Part shown: piece by piece, positions 39,190 to 48,849 of the stretch
Layout of the letters: every line of letters starts with the position of its first letter
Position numbering within the stretch: position 1 is the stretch's first letter
DNA from: Rhizobiaceae bacterium
GTDB lineage: Bacteria > Pseudomonadota > Alphaproteobacteria > Rhizobiales > Rhizobiaceae
NCBI GenBank assembly: GCA_023953905.1
Contig: JAMLJA010000002.1
Coordinates: 196,465-260,464 of the forward strand
Reading direction: 5' to 3'
DNA length: 64,000 nucleotides
The notes under the pieces: generated by a model
Seen by the model: only the letters and a program-made list of their open reading frames with translations
Databases searched by the model: none
What the model was told of the DNA's origin: nothing
Program-made: the position numbers and the translations under genes

Positions 39190-40314
39190 ATGATGGACGC
39201 TGCAGTTGTCGGAGGCGGAATTGGCGGCGTCGCTACGGCCGCCTGTCTGGCCGCAGAGGGGTATAACGTCACGGTGTTCGAGCGGGCGGCTCAGCTGCGA
39301 GAAATCGGTGCAGGGATATTTCTCAAGGAGAACAGCCTCGGGGTTCTCGAAACCCTTGGTCAGATTGATCGGGTGAAGCAAACTGGCACAGCACTTAACA
39401 GAGCCGAGCTTTGGGCGCGCGGCGGCCGCCGGCTTCTGAGCCGCCCGATCGATGGGCATCGAGTGTCCGTCTTACCGCGACAAGAGCTTCATGCCGCGCT
39501 GATCGCGGCTGCGGAAGAGCGTGGTGTGCGGTTCCAGACGGACGCTGCGGTGGTCTCCGTCACACGCAAGGGGGCGATAAAGCTTCGCGACGGCAGCCAG
39601 TTTCTTGCCAACCTTGTGGTAGGAGCAGATGGCGTGGGCTCGATGGTTCGTGATTCACTGGGGCTTGGGCGGTCGGTCGACCAGACCGGGGCGGGCTCAT
39701 GGCGAACCTTGGTCGAGAGCGTACCGGCTGACCCCAAAAACTCCGTAATCGAATACTGGAACGGTTCAAGGCGAGTGTTGGTGGTGCCCTCCGGGCACGG
39801 GATCACCTATCTCTGCGCCTCGTCGCGCAATGATGACACCGCGACCAATGGGGACCGTTTCGTGCCCGAAGTATGGGCGCGTGATTTCCCCGAGTTCGAA
39901 GACCTTTTCAGACGTGCCGGTCATACCGAGATGGTCCGGCGCGAACATTCAAAATGCTCAGTGAGTGGCTGGACCGCAGGCGTTGTCGCCATTCTGGGTG
40001 ATGCGGTTCACGGTCAGCCTCCGAACCTTGGCCAGGGCGCAGGGATGGCGATTTCAAACGCGGCTGATTTGGCCCGTAGGGTCTCTGGTGGAGCCGATAT
40101 CGAGACCAAGCTGAAGGAATGGGAGACCTGCAACCGGGCCTTCACCGAAGCCGTGCAACGCTGGTCAAATACTTATGATGACGTCGTGCATGCGTGGCCC
40201 AGCACATTGCAGTTTCTGCGGGGGCCTTTCGTTCGCTTCATTGGAAAATTTCCTCCGACGCGTCGGCGATGGTCGGCCCTCGGACAGGGATTGCCGGAGA
40301 TACTGGCAAGCTGA
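39190..40314 (+). CDS. Group A FAD-dependent aromatic monooxygenase (MHPCO/NicC-like)
   Basis: VVGGGIGG, LREIGAGI, GADGVGSMVRD, LGDAVH..PPNLGQGAGMA. Confidence 0.88.
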   Translation: MMDAAVVGGGIGGVATAACLAAEGYNVTVFERAAQLREIGAGIFLKENSLGVLETLGQIDRVKQTGTALNRAELWARGGRRLLSRPIDGHRVSVLPRQELHAALIAAAEERGVRFQTDAAVVSVTRKGAIKLRDGSQFLANLVVGADGVGSMVRDSLGLGRSVDQTGAGSWRTLVESVPADPKNSVIEYWNGSRRVLVVPSGHGITYLCASSRNDDTATNGDRFVPEVWARDFPEFEDLFRRAGHTEMVRREHSKCSVSGWTAGVVAILGDAVHGQPPNLGQGAGMAISNAADLARRVSGGADIETKLKEWETCNRAFTEAVQRWSNTYDDVVHAWPSTLQFLRGPFVRFIGKFPPTRRRWSALGQGLPEILAS

Positions 40315-40359
40315 ACCGGATCGAAGGGTCCGGAAACGACCAACAAAGGGAGACGTAAA

Positions 40360-41361
40360 ATGCATAGCCACATCTTACGGATTGCAATGGCCGCGCTTGT
40401 CGCGGCCTCGACGGCCTTCGCTCTCGTGCAGGGCAGCGCTGCCGAGGAACTTAAGAAGGTTACCTTCCGGATGGACTGGGTACCAAGTGGTATATATGCG
40501 GCTTTCTACAACGGCAAGGTCAACGGCTTCTACGAAAAAGCCGGTTTTGACGTCGAGATCATGCCCGGCAACGGCTCGACAGCGACAATGGACGGCCTCA
40601 TCAGCGGCGAACTAGACTTCGGCTTCGTGTCCTGCTGGGGCATGTCGGTCGGCGTTAGCAAGGGCCGAAGCGTGGTCTCGGTCGCCACTTTCACAGGACG
40701 CAACGGCTTTGGCTTCTTCTTCCCCAAAGATGCGGGGGTGACTCGCCTTGCCGACCTTAAGAACAAGAGTATCGTCGCCAGTCCCTCATCGATGGACACG
40801 CTGCTGTATCCGGCGGTACTGGTCGGCGCGGGTCTGCCCGCCGACATGCTTAAGCAGATCAACGTCGAGCCGGCCCAGAAGGTGCCGACCTATGCCCGCG
40901 GTCAAGCAGACGTGGTGGTCTCTCATATTCCCTATGCCGATCCGATCATCGAGCAGCAACGCCCGTCCGGTCACATCTTGTGGTCCGATGAAGGGTTCGT
41001 TCTACCGGACTTCTGCATTGCCGTAAGCCGGGCACGGCTCGAGTCCGACCCCCAAGGTGTCGAGAAATTCATCCGTGCGACCTTTGAGGCGACGGAAGAT
41101 GCGGCTTCCAATCCTGACAAAGCCGCCGCGGCGGGCGTCTCGCTCTTCCCGGTGCTGACGCAGGAGCAAACCAAAGCCCAGTGGAAGCTGATGACGACGC
41201 TCTTCTACACTGAAGACACCAAGTCCTGCCCTCATGGTTGGCACTCGGCCTCCGACTGGACCAAAGGCCTTGAAGTTCTCCAGAAGTACGGCGGTTTGGA
41301 AGGCAGCATCGACGACCATGCCAAATTCTACACCAATCAGTTTTTCACCTGCGATCGCTGA
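40360..41361 (+). CDS. NMT1/THI5-like ABC solute-binding protein
   Basis: Signal peptide; KVTFRMDW.P.G.YAAFY..K..GFY.KAG.DVEI.PG.GS. Confidence 0.85.
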   Translation: MHSHILRIAMAALVAASTAFALVQGSAAEELKKVTFRMDWVPSGIYAAFYNGKVNGFYEKAGFDVEIMPGNGSTATMDGLISGELDFGFVSCWGMSVGVSKGRSVVSVATFTGRNGFGFFFPKDAGVTRLADLKNKSIVASPSSMDTLLYPAVLVGAGLPADMLKQINVEPAQKVPTYARGQADVVVSHIPYADPIIEQQRPSGHILWSDEGFVLPDFCIAVSRARLESDPQGVEKFIRATFEATEDAASNPDKAAAAGVSLFPVLTQEQTKAQWKLMTTLFYTEDTKSCPHGWHSASDWTKGLEVLQKYGGLEGSIDDHAKFYTNQFFTCDR

Positions 41362-41381
41362 TCGCAGAGACGATACCGAAA

Positions 41382-41403
41382 GCCTCCTTCTTCGGGAGGA
41401 GGC
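41382..41403 (+). other. Intercistronic hairpin with cUUCGg tetraloop after the SBP
   Basis: GCCTCCTTC-TTCG-GGAGGAGGC. Confidence 0.6.
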
Positions 41404-41415
41404 AACGAGGATAGG

Positions 41416-42204
41416 ATGACGACAGGCAAAGCGATCGACATCACGGATGTTTCCAAAACCTATAGGACCGGAAGCGGTCCGGTCGAGGCGCTTAGACGAA
41501 TCGACCTGGCCGTCGCCGCGGGCGAATTCGTCTCAATCGTGGGGCCAAGTGGCTGCGGTAAATCCACCCTTCTCAACATGGTGGCGGGACTAAAATCAAA
41601 AAGCAGCGGCACCATCCGAATTGGGGAGGAATTCGTCAATGGCCCCTTCACCAACGTGGGCATCGTCTTCCAGCGCGACCTGCTGATGGAATGGCGTACG
41701 GTGCTCGACAATGTTTTGCTTCAGATCGAGATGCGCAACCTGCGAAAGCGTGACTACGCTGAACGAGCAATGCATCTTCTAGACAGAGTGCACTTGGCGG
41801 ATTTCGCGCAACGATATCCGAGGGAACTGTCAGGCGGGATGCGTCAGCGCGCATCCATCTGCCGCGCGCTCATCCATGACGCGCCGGTGATGCTCATGGA
41901 CGAACCTTTTGGCGCCCTCGACGCTTTGACCCGCGATGACATCGCTGCTGACCTCGCGGAGATTTGCGAAGAGGCCGGCAAGACCACGATCTTTATCACT
42001 CACTCCATTTCCGAGGCTGTGTACTTGAGCGATCGCGTGATCGTCATGTCGGGTCGCCCTGGCGGCATAATGGCGGACATTTCAATCAACCTCGTCCGTC
42101 CGCGACGTCACTCACTGCGGGAAGACCCGCGTTTCGGTCAACACGTCACCGAAATTCGCGACCTCCTGGAGGCTGACAAGGACTCCCGAAGAGAGGTCCA
42201 ATGA
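41416..42204 (+). CDS. ABC ATPase (SsuB/TauB type)
   Basis: GPSGCGKST, LSGGMRQR, MDEPFGALD, ITHSISEA. Confidence 0.93.
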   Translation: MTTGKAIDITDVSKTYRTGSGPVEALRRIDLAVAAGEFVSIVGPSGCGKSTLLNMVAGLKSKSSGTIRIGEEFVNGPFTNVGIVFQRDLLMEWRTVLDNVLLQIEMRNLRKRDYAERAMHLLDRVHLADFAQRYPRELSGGMRQRASICRALIHDAPVMLMDEPFGALDALTRDDIAADLAEICEEAGKTTIFITHSISEAVYLSDRVIVMSGRPGGIMADISINLVRPRRHSLREDPRFGQHVTEIRDLLEADKDSRREVQ

Positions 42205-42205
42205 T

Positions 42206-42991
42206 ATGAAACCGTTCTTGCATCGCGTGGTCAACTCACAGGTCTTCGGGGTCGTCGCCACCCTCATCGTCATCTTCATTGTGTGGGAGATGAGCATCAC
42301 CTTCCTTGGTGTGCCGACCTATGTACTTCCGTCGATCATCACAGTCGCTGAAGTGCTGCTCAAGCATCCAGGCATGTTTCTGTCCGAGACGCTGGTAACC
42401 ACGCGCGAGCTGCTTCTGGGCTTTGCGGTAGCGGTCGGTCTGTCGATGCCTATCGCCTTGGCTATGGCATATTCCCGCATCTTCGAAGGGTTGGTCAGCC
42501 CGTTAATTGTGATCTCGCAGGCGGTGCCCAAAATCGCACTCGCCCCGCTGCTCCTGGTTTGGTTCGGCTTCGGTGAAATGCCTAAGGTAATCATGGCGGC
42601 TCTCATCGCGTTCTTCCCCATGCTCATCAGCGCATTGACCGGTTTCAAGGCTCTCGAGCCCGAGGTCATGTCCCTAGCCCGCTCGATGGGGGCGTCACAG
42701 TGGAAGATTTTCTGGAAGATCCGTTTGCCCTCGGCACTCCCCAATATCTTCAGCGGCCTGAAGCTGGCCATCACTTTCTCAGTAATTGGCGCGGTTATCG
42801 GAGAGTTTCTGGCCGGCGACAAGGGCCTAGGCTACTTGATCCAAAGTGCTAGCGGCGCGCAGAGGATGGACATGCTCTTTGCAGGTGTGATCATCATCTC
42901 CGTACTGAGCTTGCTCCTGTACTACATCGTCCAAGCCATAGAACGACGGCTCATCTTTTGGCATCAGTCGCAAGACCAGATTGCCCTCTGA
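42206..42991 (+). CDS. ABC permease (SsuC/TauC type)
   Basis: QAVPKIALAPLL..WFGFG, RLPSALP, GAVIGEF..GDKGLG. Confidence 0.92.
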   Translation: MKPFLHRVVNSQVFGVVATLIVIFIVWEMSITFLGVPTYVLPSIITVAEVLLKHPGMFLSETLVTTRELLLGFAVAVGLSMPIALAMAYSRIFEGLVSPLIVISQAVPKIALAPLLLVWFGFGEMPKVIMAALIAFFPMLISALTGFKALEPEVMSLARSMGASQWKIFWKIRLPSALPNIFSGLKLAITFSVIGAVIGEFLAGDKGLGYLIQSASGAQRMDMLFAGVIIISVLSLLLYYIVQAIERRLIFWHQSQDQIAL

Positions 42992-43413
42992 TACATACGC
43001 AATCCTTTGGGCTCTCCCGCGCAAGGCGTTCGTGCCGTTGGTGGTTATAACCTCCATCGGCGTCTGTAAGCTTGCCTCACTCTCAAAGGGCGCGCAATGA
43101 CGGTGCCTTCCTTCTACTCGCCAGCAGCAGCCGGATAATGATAGAATGGCGCGGCGGCACCGAGGCCGCTTGCCGTCCACCCAGATCGTGCGAAGGGCGA
43201 TGTTGCCTTCATCACTCTCGTCATAGACTAGATTCCGCAACTCGGCGCATCTCCCCATGATGCTCGACACCATCTTCATGCCTCAGAGCGATGCAGGAAC
43301 ATGAAACGCGCAAACTCTTGGTCTGGGAAACGGCAGCCGAGAGACGCACCGCCGAAAGCCGCCCCAAATCGCCACAAGAGACGGCCAATGTAGGCCGACT
43401 GCACGATGGCAAG

Positions 43414-44178
43414 TGACCTGAGCCCCTAGATCTCCTCCAGATTTGGGTCGAGTCCGACGTCTTGAAAGGATGAACGGATGAAGCTCAGCAGGTTCAACGA
43501 AGAGCAGATCATTTCGATATTGAAGGAGCAGGAGACCGGGCTTGGGACGGCGGATCTTTGCCGCAAGCATGGGATCAGCAGTGCCACCTTCTACAAATGG
43601 AAGGCCAAGTATGGCGGGCTGGACGTGTCCGATGCCCGCCGACTGAAGACACTGGAGGAGGAGAACGCCCGGCTCAAGAAGCTGCTGGCGGAGGCGATGC
43701 TGGACAACGCCATATTAAAGGATGTCGCCGCAAAAAAATTGGTAACGCCCCGACGCCAACCAAGATGCGGTCGTTCATGCCTGCGTGGTGCATGGGGTGA
43801 GCCAGCGGCGAGCGTGTGAAGCTCTTGAGGTCGATCGAGCGAGCGTACGGTATCGCAGCACGAGGCCCGCCGACGAGGATTGCGGGAAGCCATGAAGGCC
43901 GTGGCGTCAGAGCGTGGACGGTTCGGCCATCGGCGCATCTACGTGATGGTGCAGCAGCAGGGGCTCTTGATGAACATCAATAAGCTGAGGCGGCTCTACA
44001 GCGAGGAGGGGCCGCAGGTCCGCAAACGCGGCGGCCGCGAGCGCGCCCCGGCTACCAGGCGCCCGCTGCTCGTGCCTGACCGGCCCAACCAGCGCGGAGC
44101 CTGGACTTCGTCAGCGATGCCTCCACCGATGGTCGCCGCTTTCGGCTCCTGACTGTGATAGACGACTATACGCGGGAG
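43414..44178 (+). mobile_element. IS3-family (IS407-like) element, degenerate and truncated at the 3' end
   Basis: Left end TGACCTGAGCCCC; orfA RFNEEQII..LKE..CRKHGIS.ATFYKWKAKYGG; A7 slippage run; broken orfB ending at LTVIDDYTRE. Confidence 0.85.
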
Positions 44179-44268
44179 TACAAAAACGTCGATTGGGGGG
44201 GCTCTGTCCATCATCAGCAGGCTCTTTGTAGATATTACAAAGGGAAATCATTTCCCGCATTCCGATGA
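44179..44268 (+). pseudogene. Probable extreme C-terminus of a toxin/effector cut off by the IS3 junction
   Basis: Low-GC YKNVDWGGSVHHQQALCRYYKGKSFPAFR* whose TGA overlaps the next ATG (ATGATG). Confidence 0.35.
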
Positions 44269-44680
44269 TGGGTAGTTCCATGTTTTACGACGGTATGTAT
44301 GTATATGTAAAAGATTTACCGATCGAGAATTACGGATACCCGATAGAAAAATATCGACAAACCTCCGTAGGAAGAATTTGTCGAATTATCTCTCCACATG
44401 ATGGAACATCCAGTAATGGTATCACGATAGAGACAGGTGAATTGCTAGTTGATGACGCTGTTCTCACGCCCAGTGGCGTTTCTCATATCAGCTTCTATGT
44501 TAGTCCTGAGGATGTCTCCCCAGCTCGTGTGACTGAAGAGATTCTTATTTTATATAGCGTCGATCTATGGCAGCTTTTAAAACCGTTCGGAGATAAACAA
44601 GATACTGAAACGTTTAAAAGGCTGGTAGATACATTTGGCTTGGTGGCGGATTATTTCCACCTTGCGAGTTTTTGGGCTGT
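44265..44680 (+). CDS. Low-GC hypothetical protein, putative orphan immunity gene, now read through in frame into the Rhs core
   Basis: About 135 low-GC codons followed without a stop by high-GC Rhs sequence. Confidence 0.45.
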
Positions 44681-44689
44681 ACCAGCGAC

Positions 44690-45734
44690 GACGCTTTGCC
44701 TTGGGCTCACCGGCCAGCTCGCCTCGGCTTCCGTCAACAGCACGGCCGCAGGCGCCTACGTCTACGACTATCTCTCGCGCCTCGTCGAGCGCACCGCCAA
44801 TGCCGTCACCCTGCACCGCATCCACGACCTCGACGGCAACGTCATCGCCGAATACGACGACACCGGTGCATTGCTCACCGAATATATCTGGATCGACGGC
44901 CGCCCCATCGCCACCATCGCCGATGCCGGCACCACGCCCACCCTCTATTATGTGCTGACCGACCATCTCGAACGGTCGATCATGATGGTCGACGAGTTCC
45001 GCGACCCCGTCTGGCAGGCCTCCTATCTGCCCTTCGGCGAGGTCCGCACCCTCACCGGTTCCGCCAGCCTCGACTATCGCTTCCCCGGACAGTGTTTCCA
45101 GCTCGAAACCGGCCTCCACGACAGCTGGCACAGGCACTTCGACCCCTCAATCGCACGATACCTCCAGCCCGACCCCTCGGTATGCCTGACGGACCATCAA
45201 GATATGCGTACGTCACAAACTCGCCACTCATGAAGGTCGATCCAAACGGTCGGTTCAGTTGGCTCGGCGGTGGACTGCGGGGGCTCGGAGGGCTCGGCCG
45301 CACAGAGGGCAGGTTATGGGATTGGCTGTTCCCTCCATATTGTCCCGTGCCGTATGAGCCCCGTCCGCCCCGCCCCGGCGATCCCATCCTTGGAACTCCC
45401 GGCGTCCCGCCCCTGATGAGCACCCCTGCTGATGCGGCGGTACGCCCGGAGGAGATAACGAAAAACATCCAAGCACGCCAACGGGCAGGAGAGGTGCTCC
45501 CCTTGACGTTGAACCGGGTACCAATAAACCTGAGATCATAGATGGCCGCAAATATACCGGGCATGGCTTAGATCAGATGCAAGGGCGAGGCCTAACGCCG
45601 ACAGTTGTAGAAGACATAATAAGCAACGGCAAAAAAGCCCTGGAAATCAGCCGGGTACGACCGTTCATACGAGCCCCAATGGTTCTTTTGTAACCAATAG
45701 CAATGGTGACGTGATAACCGTGTATCCGAGATAA
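44690..45734 (+). pseudogene. Orphan Rhs core + C-terminal toxin (BECR/colicin E5/DUF4258-like RNase), three -1 frameshifts
   Basis: YVYDYLSRL, EYIWIDGRP, LYYVLTDHL, WQASYLPFG, RFPGQ, QPDP/LG..DGPSRYAYV.NSP...DPNG; CT GRKYTGHGLDQMQGRGLTPTVVEDII...PGTT...GDVITVYPR*. Confidence 0.8.
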
Positions 45735-45739
45735 ATCCG

Positions 45740-46033
45740 ATGAGAGAAATTCTTCTACGTCAAACTGCGATTATACGTGAGATAATTTTCTCATATCAGG
45801 GAAAGCAAATAACGCTTCGATCCCTTATCTCTGGGGTGGAGGGTGCCGCAATAGCTACTGAAAACTCGGCGCTCATTCATAGCATAAGAAAAAATCTATT
45901 TGAATTGGAGCAAATTAACGCCGCCCCGGCCAATGGTAAAATTAAGATAACCCAATCCGACGTTGAGATAGTTGATAGATCGTTAAACGGAATCTTGAAG
46001 CTGCTTAATGATTACCAATCAATGAGTGAATGA
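45740..46033 (+). CDS. Putative cognate immunity protein
   Basis: Intact 97-aa low-GC ORF starting 5 nt after the toxin stop. Confidence 0.6.
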   Translation: MREILLRQTAIIREIIFSYQGKQITLRSLISGVEGAAIATENSALIHSIRKNLFELEQINAAPANGKIKITQSDVEIVDRSLNGILKLLNDYQSMSE

Positions 46034-46069
46034 TCATCTAAATCGAGATCGCCGACGCCCATATACCGT

Positions 46070-46315
46070 ATGGTGACTTCAAGCTTAGGAGGTAGTATTC
46101 CTACAGACATACGAAAATGGAGAAAGGTTGTAGAAGAATCAATCTCGAGCCTGGCCGATGAAGACCTCCAGAGACGGTCTTGGTTTGGGTGCAGCCATGA
46201 AATATTTGGTCCTGAAGAGGCCTTCAATCAATTCTTTGGAGATGCATCTATTGTTGAATTCCTTGAGAGCCCGGATTCAGGATTAACGCCGACGCTGATG
46301 GAGATTTGCTGCTAG
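46070..46315 (+). pseudogene. Further immunity-like protein truncated at the IS481 boundary
   Basis: WRKVVEESISSLADEDLQRRSWF...PEEAFNQFFGD resembles WR..V...I..LAD...Q.R.W immunity-type proteins; ends at the IS. Confidence 0.45.
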
Positions 46316-47271
46316 GTGTTCAGTCCCAGCATTTGGTGGATCGGGTTCAGGATGAATCTGTGTGGCTCTGATGTCCAGATCTTGCAGATGTATTCATAGG
46401 GCGTGTGTCCACCGAGGGTTTTGAGCCGTCGTGCGAAGTTGTAGGCTGCCATGAAGTCGTTGAGGTGCGTTTGCAGCTGATCGTGACTGTCGTAATGGAA
46501 GCGCTTGACGGTGGCGTCCTTGATTGTTCGGTTCATCCGTTCGACCTGACCATTGGTCCAGGGATGGTTAGGCTTGGTCAGCCGATGCTCAATCCCGTTT
46601 GCTTCGCAGATCATGTCGAAGCGCATCGGCCTGGAGTAGATGGTGTTCCGGTTCCTCGGCTGCTCTGCGAACTGGATTCCGTTGTCGGTGAGAATGGTAT
46701 GGACCTGGTACGGCACGGCTTCGAGCATGTGCTGCAAGAACTCCCAAGCCGTCTTCCTATCCGCCTTTCCGACGAGTTGGGTCACGGCGAATTTGCTCGT
46801 GCGGTCGATGCCGACGAACAGGTAGAGCTTGCCTTCTGCGGTCTGAACCTCGGCGATGTCGATGTGAAAGAACCCGATGGGATACCGTTTAAACTTCGAC
46901 CGCTTCGGCTTGTCACCCTCGACATCGGGCAGGCGCGAGATGCCATGACGTTGCAAGCACCGGTGCAGCGCAGATCGTGTCAGGTGAGGGACTAAGGACT
47001 GCAGGGCGCAAAGACAGTCGTCCAGCGGCAGCAGCGTATGGCACCGGAACGCCACGATCATCGCCTCCTCGGCCTCGGAAAGAACCGTCGAGCGCGGTTC
47101 TGACGGCCCCGTCTTCATGTCCTCGACGCTTGCCCACTTGCGCCACTTCGCGACCGTCTTGGGGTTGATGCCAAGTTCCCGGCTCAGCTGCGCGAGCGAA
47201 GCTTGCGATCGCTGTATTGCTGCTCGGACAGCGTGCGTGGTCGTGGCACTGCCGTGACGAATTTGTCCCAT
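46312..47271 (-). CDS. IS481 transposase, intact ORF
   Basis: HGSATTTHAVR..IQRS, FHIDI, LTDNGIQF, PWTNGQVERMNRTIK. Confidence 0.93.
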   Translation of the reverse strand: MGQIRHGSATTTHAVRAAIQRSQASLAQLSRELGINPKTVAKWRKWASVEDMKTGPSEPRSTVLSEAEEAMIVAFRCHTLLPLDDCLCALQSLVPHLTRSALHRCLQRHGISRLPDVEGDKPKRSKFKRYPIGFFHIDIAEVQTAEGKLYLFVGIDRTSKFAVTQLVGKADRKTAWEFLQHMLEAVPYQVHTILTDNGIQFAEQPRNRNTIYSRPMRFDMICEANGIEHRLTKPNHPWTNGQVERMNRTIKDATVKRFHYDSHDQLQTHLNDFMAAYNFARRLKTLGGHTPYEYICKIWTSEPHRFILNPIHQMLGLNT

Positions 47272-47326
47272 AGGGCGTCCTTCCATTCCAAAGAAAGGAT
47301 CACACCATCAAACCGTGGATCAAACA
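46317..47326 (-). mobile_element. IS481-family insertion sequence
   Basis: Ends TGTTCAGTCCC and GGATCAAACA (TGT...ACA); no matching target duplication. Confidence 0.85.
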
Positions 47327-47330
47327 CCTG

Positions 47331-48834
47331 GCTAAAAAAATCTTTGTCGATCCGCCTCCGTGCTTCTAATGAATCGGTCCAATATCCAGATACATCATCC
47401 TCTAAGCGGAGCCACCGATAACACGTCAGATATTCACGCTCCCTTTGCTCTGACGGATTTGCTTGCAACCTCGTCAATGCGGAAAAGGCTTCCTTAACAG
47501 TTGTGCAAATGAGGTGGCTACGGCCCGGCAATCTGTAAGATTCTATCTTATCCAACACATCAGTCCGTACATCTGCAGCAAATGCATACTGGATGTCGAC
47601 CATGGTTATTAAGTGGTACAAGCCAAATCTAACGTTTTCCTCCCGATTAAACTGCATAAGGACATATTTGTGAGCCGCCTGCCGGATCGCATCATATCGA
47701 TGGCTACTTCTTTTAGCAGCATACTCAATTTTTTTGTAAAGGACCGACGGGCTCTCATTAATAGCGCTAGGAGCTCCGTTAAAATAGCCCTTATGGATCC
47801 AATTTATCCATCGATTTATGAGTGGCGCGGGCTCGTCGACATGATCGATCGCGACCTCATATGCATCAATCTGAAGATTGCCTGGTCCACGCTCCGGATA
47901 TAATAGATAAGAAAAGATTGAAGCTTGGTTCAGTGAAACGAGACATTTTGCATGTTTTTGCAGAAACATTTCATATCCAGGATCAGCCGCAGGCTTGTTG
48001 TGCTCATATAAATCTTGTAACCATAACAACGAATCGTCTTCAAGGAGGTCAATTCTGTTCAGCCGGGTAAAAATAGAAGATTTCCAGTCGGCATTCAAAT
48101 CTGCTGTACTTATACAGCGACTAATTAATTTCCTAGCTATATGGTACTTATTAACGAAATTACTAACGCTCTCAGCAATCGCATACAGCGCCTGATCTGT
48201 TTTATCGACTTTTAGAAGGTCATAAAAAAGGCAGAGTTTCTCGACTGGTACCAAGGCAGCACACGCTTCTGATAGAGCAACACTTAGCGTGCCCTGCTGA
48301 TTCAGTTCGTCTTGGACGACCTCTCAAGATTGGGTAGTTGGCAACTAAGGAATCCATCGTCTCAATGGGCTGAGATAATCCGCTTAGGCCCTCCACGATA
48401 TTGCTCTCCTCCACCGACTTCGGTGGCAAGGATGGCGAGGTTTTAACCGCAACTAGTTCGGCCGAATAATCATAAGCGCTCCGCAGTCGTAGTCTCTCTT
48501 CATAAGCGTCTTTTGCAGATCGGCCGAAAAGGGCCCTTTCAATCCCAGCGAGGTCGCTTGGTAGCGACTCGCCGCGGAGCCAGTTTCGTACCGCTCGGTC
48601 TGAGACACCGAGATAGCCTGCGAACTCTTTCGTCCCCCAGGCCTCTCCTGGCGACTTTCCTTGATTTGGTGGGCGCGTCCCCAGTCGGAAATGGAGCTTG
48701 AGCAATGCGCTAAACAGTTCCCCGGTGATCTTTTCTGGGTTCATTCGAACCACCTTTTCCAAACTCTTCCATTCGTTTCCAACGACCGGCGGACGGCTTC
48801 CGCCAGTTTGATATTCCTTTGCAGCCAGTATCAA
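47331..48834 (-). pseudogene. Large low-GC protein with N-terminal HTH, frameshifted near 48320 and truncated by IS481
   Basis: WGTKEFAGYLGVSDRAVRNWLRG HTH; the frame of the 47184-48254 ORF extends upstream (VVQDELNQQGTLSVAL) to meet the 48220-48834 ORF. Confidence 0.55.
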
Positions 48835-48849
48835 CCAAAGGAACTGGCA

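Noticed and set aside
43000-43410. ORF 42827-43279 and neighbours
   Set aside because: Overlaps the permease end; no family recognised
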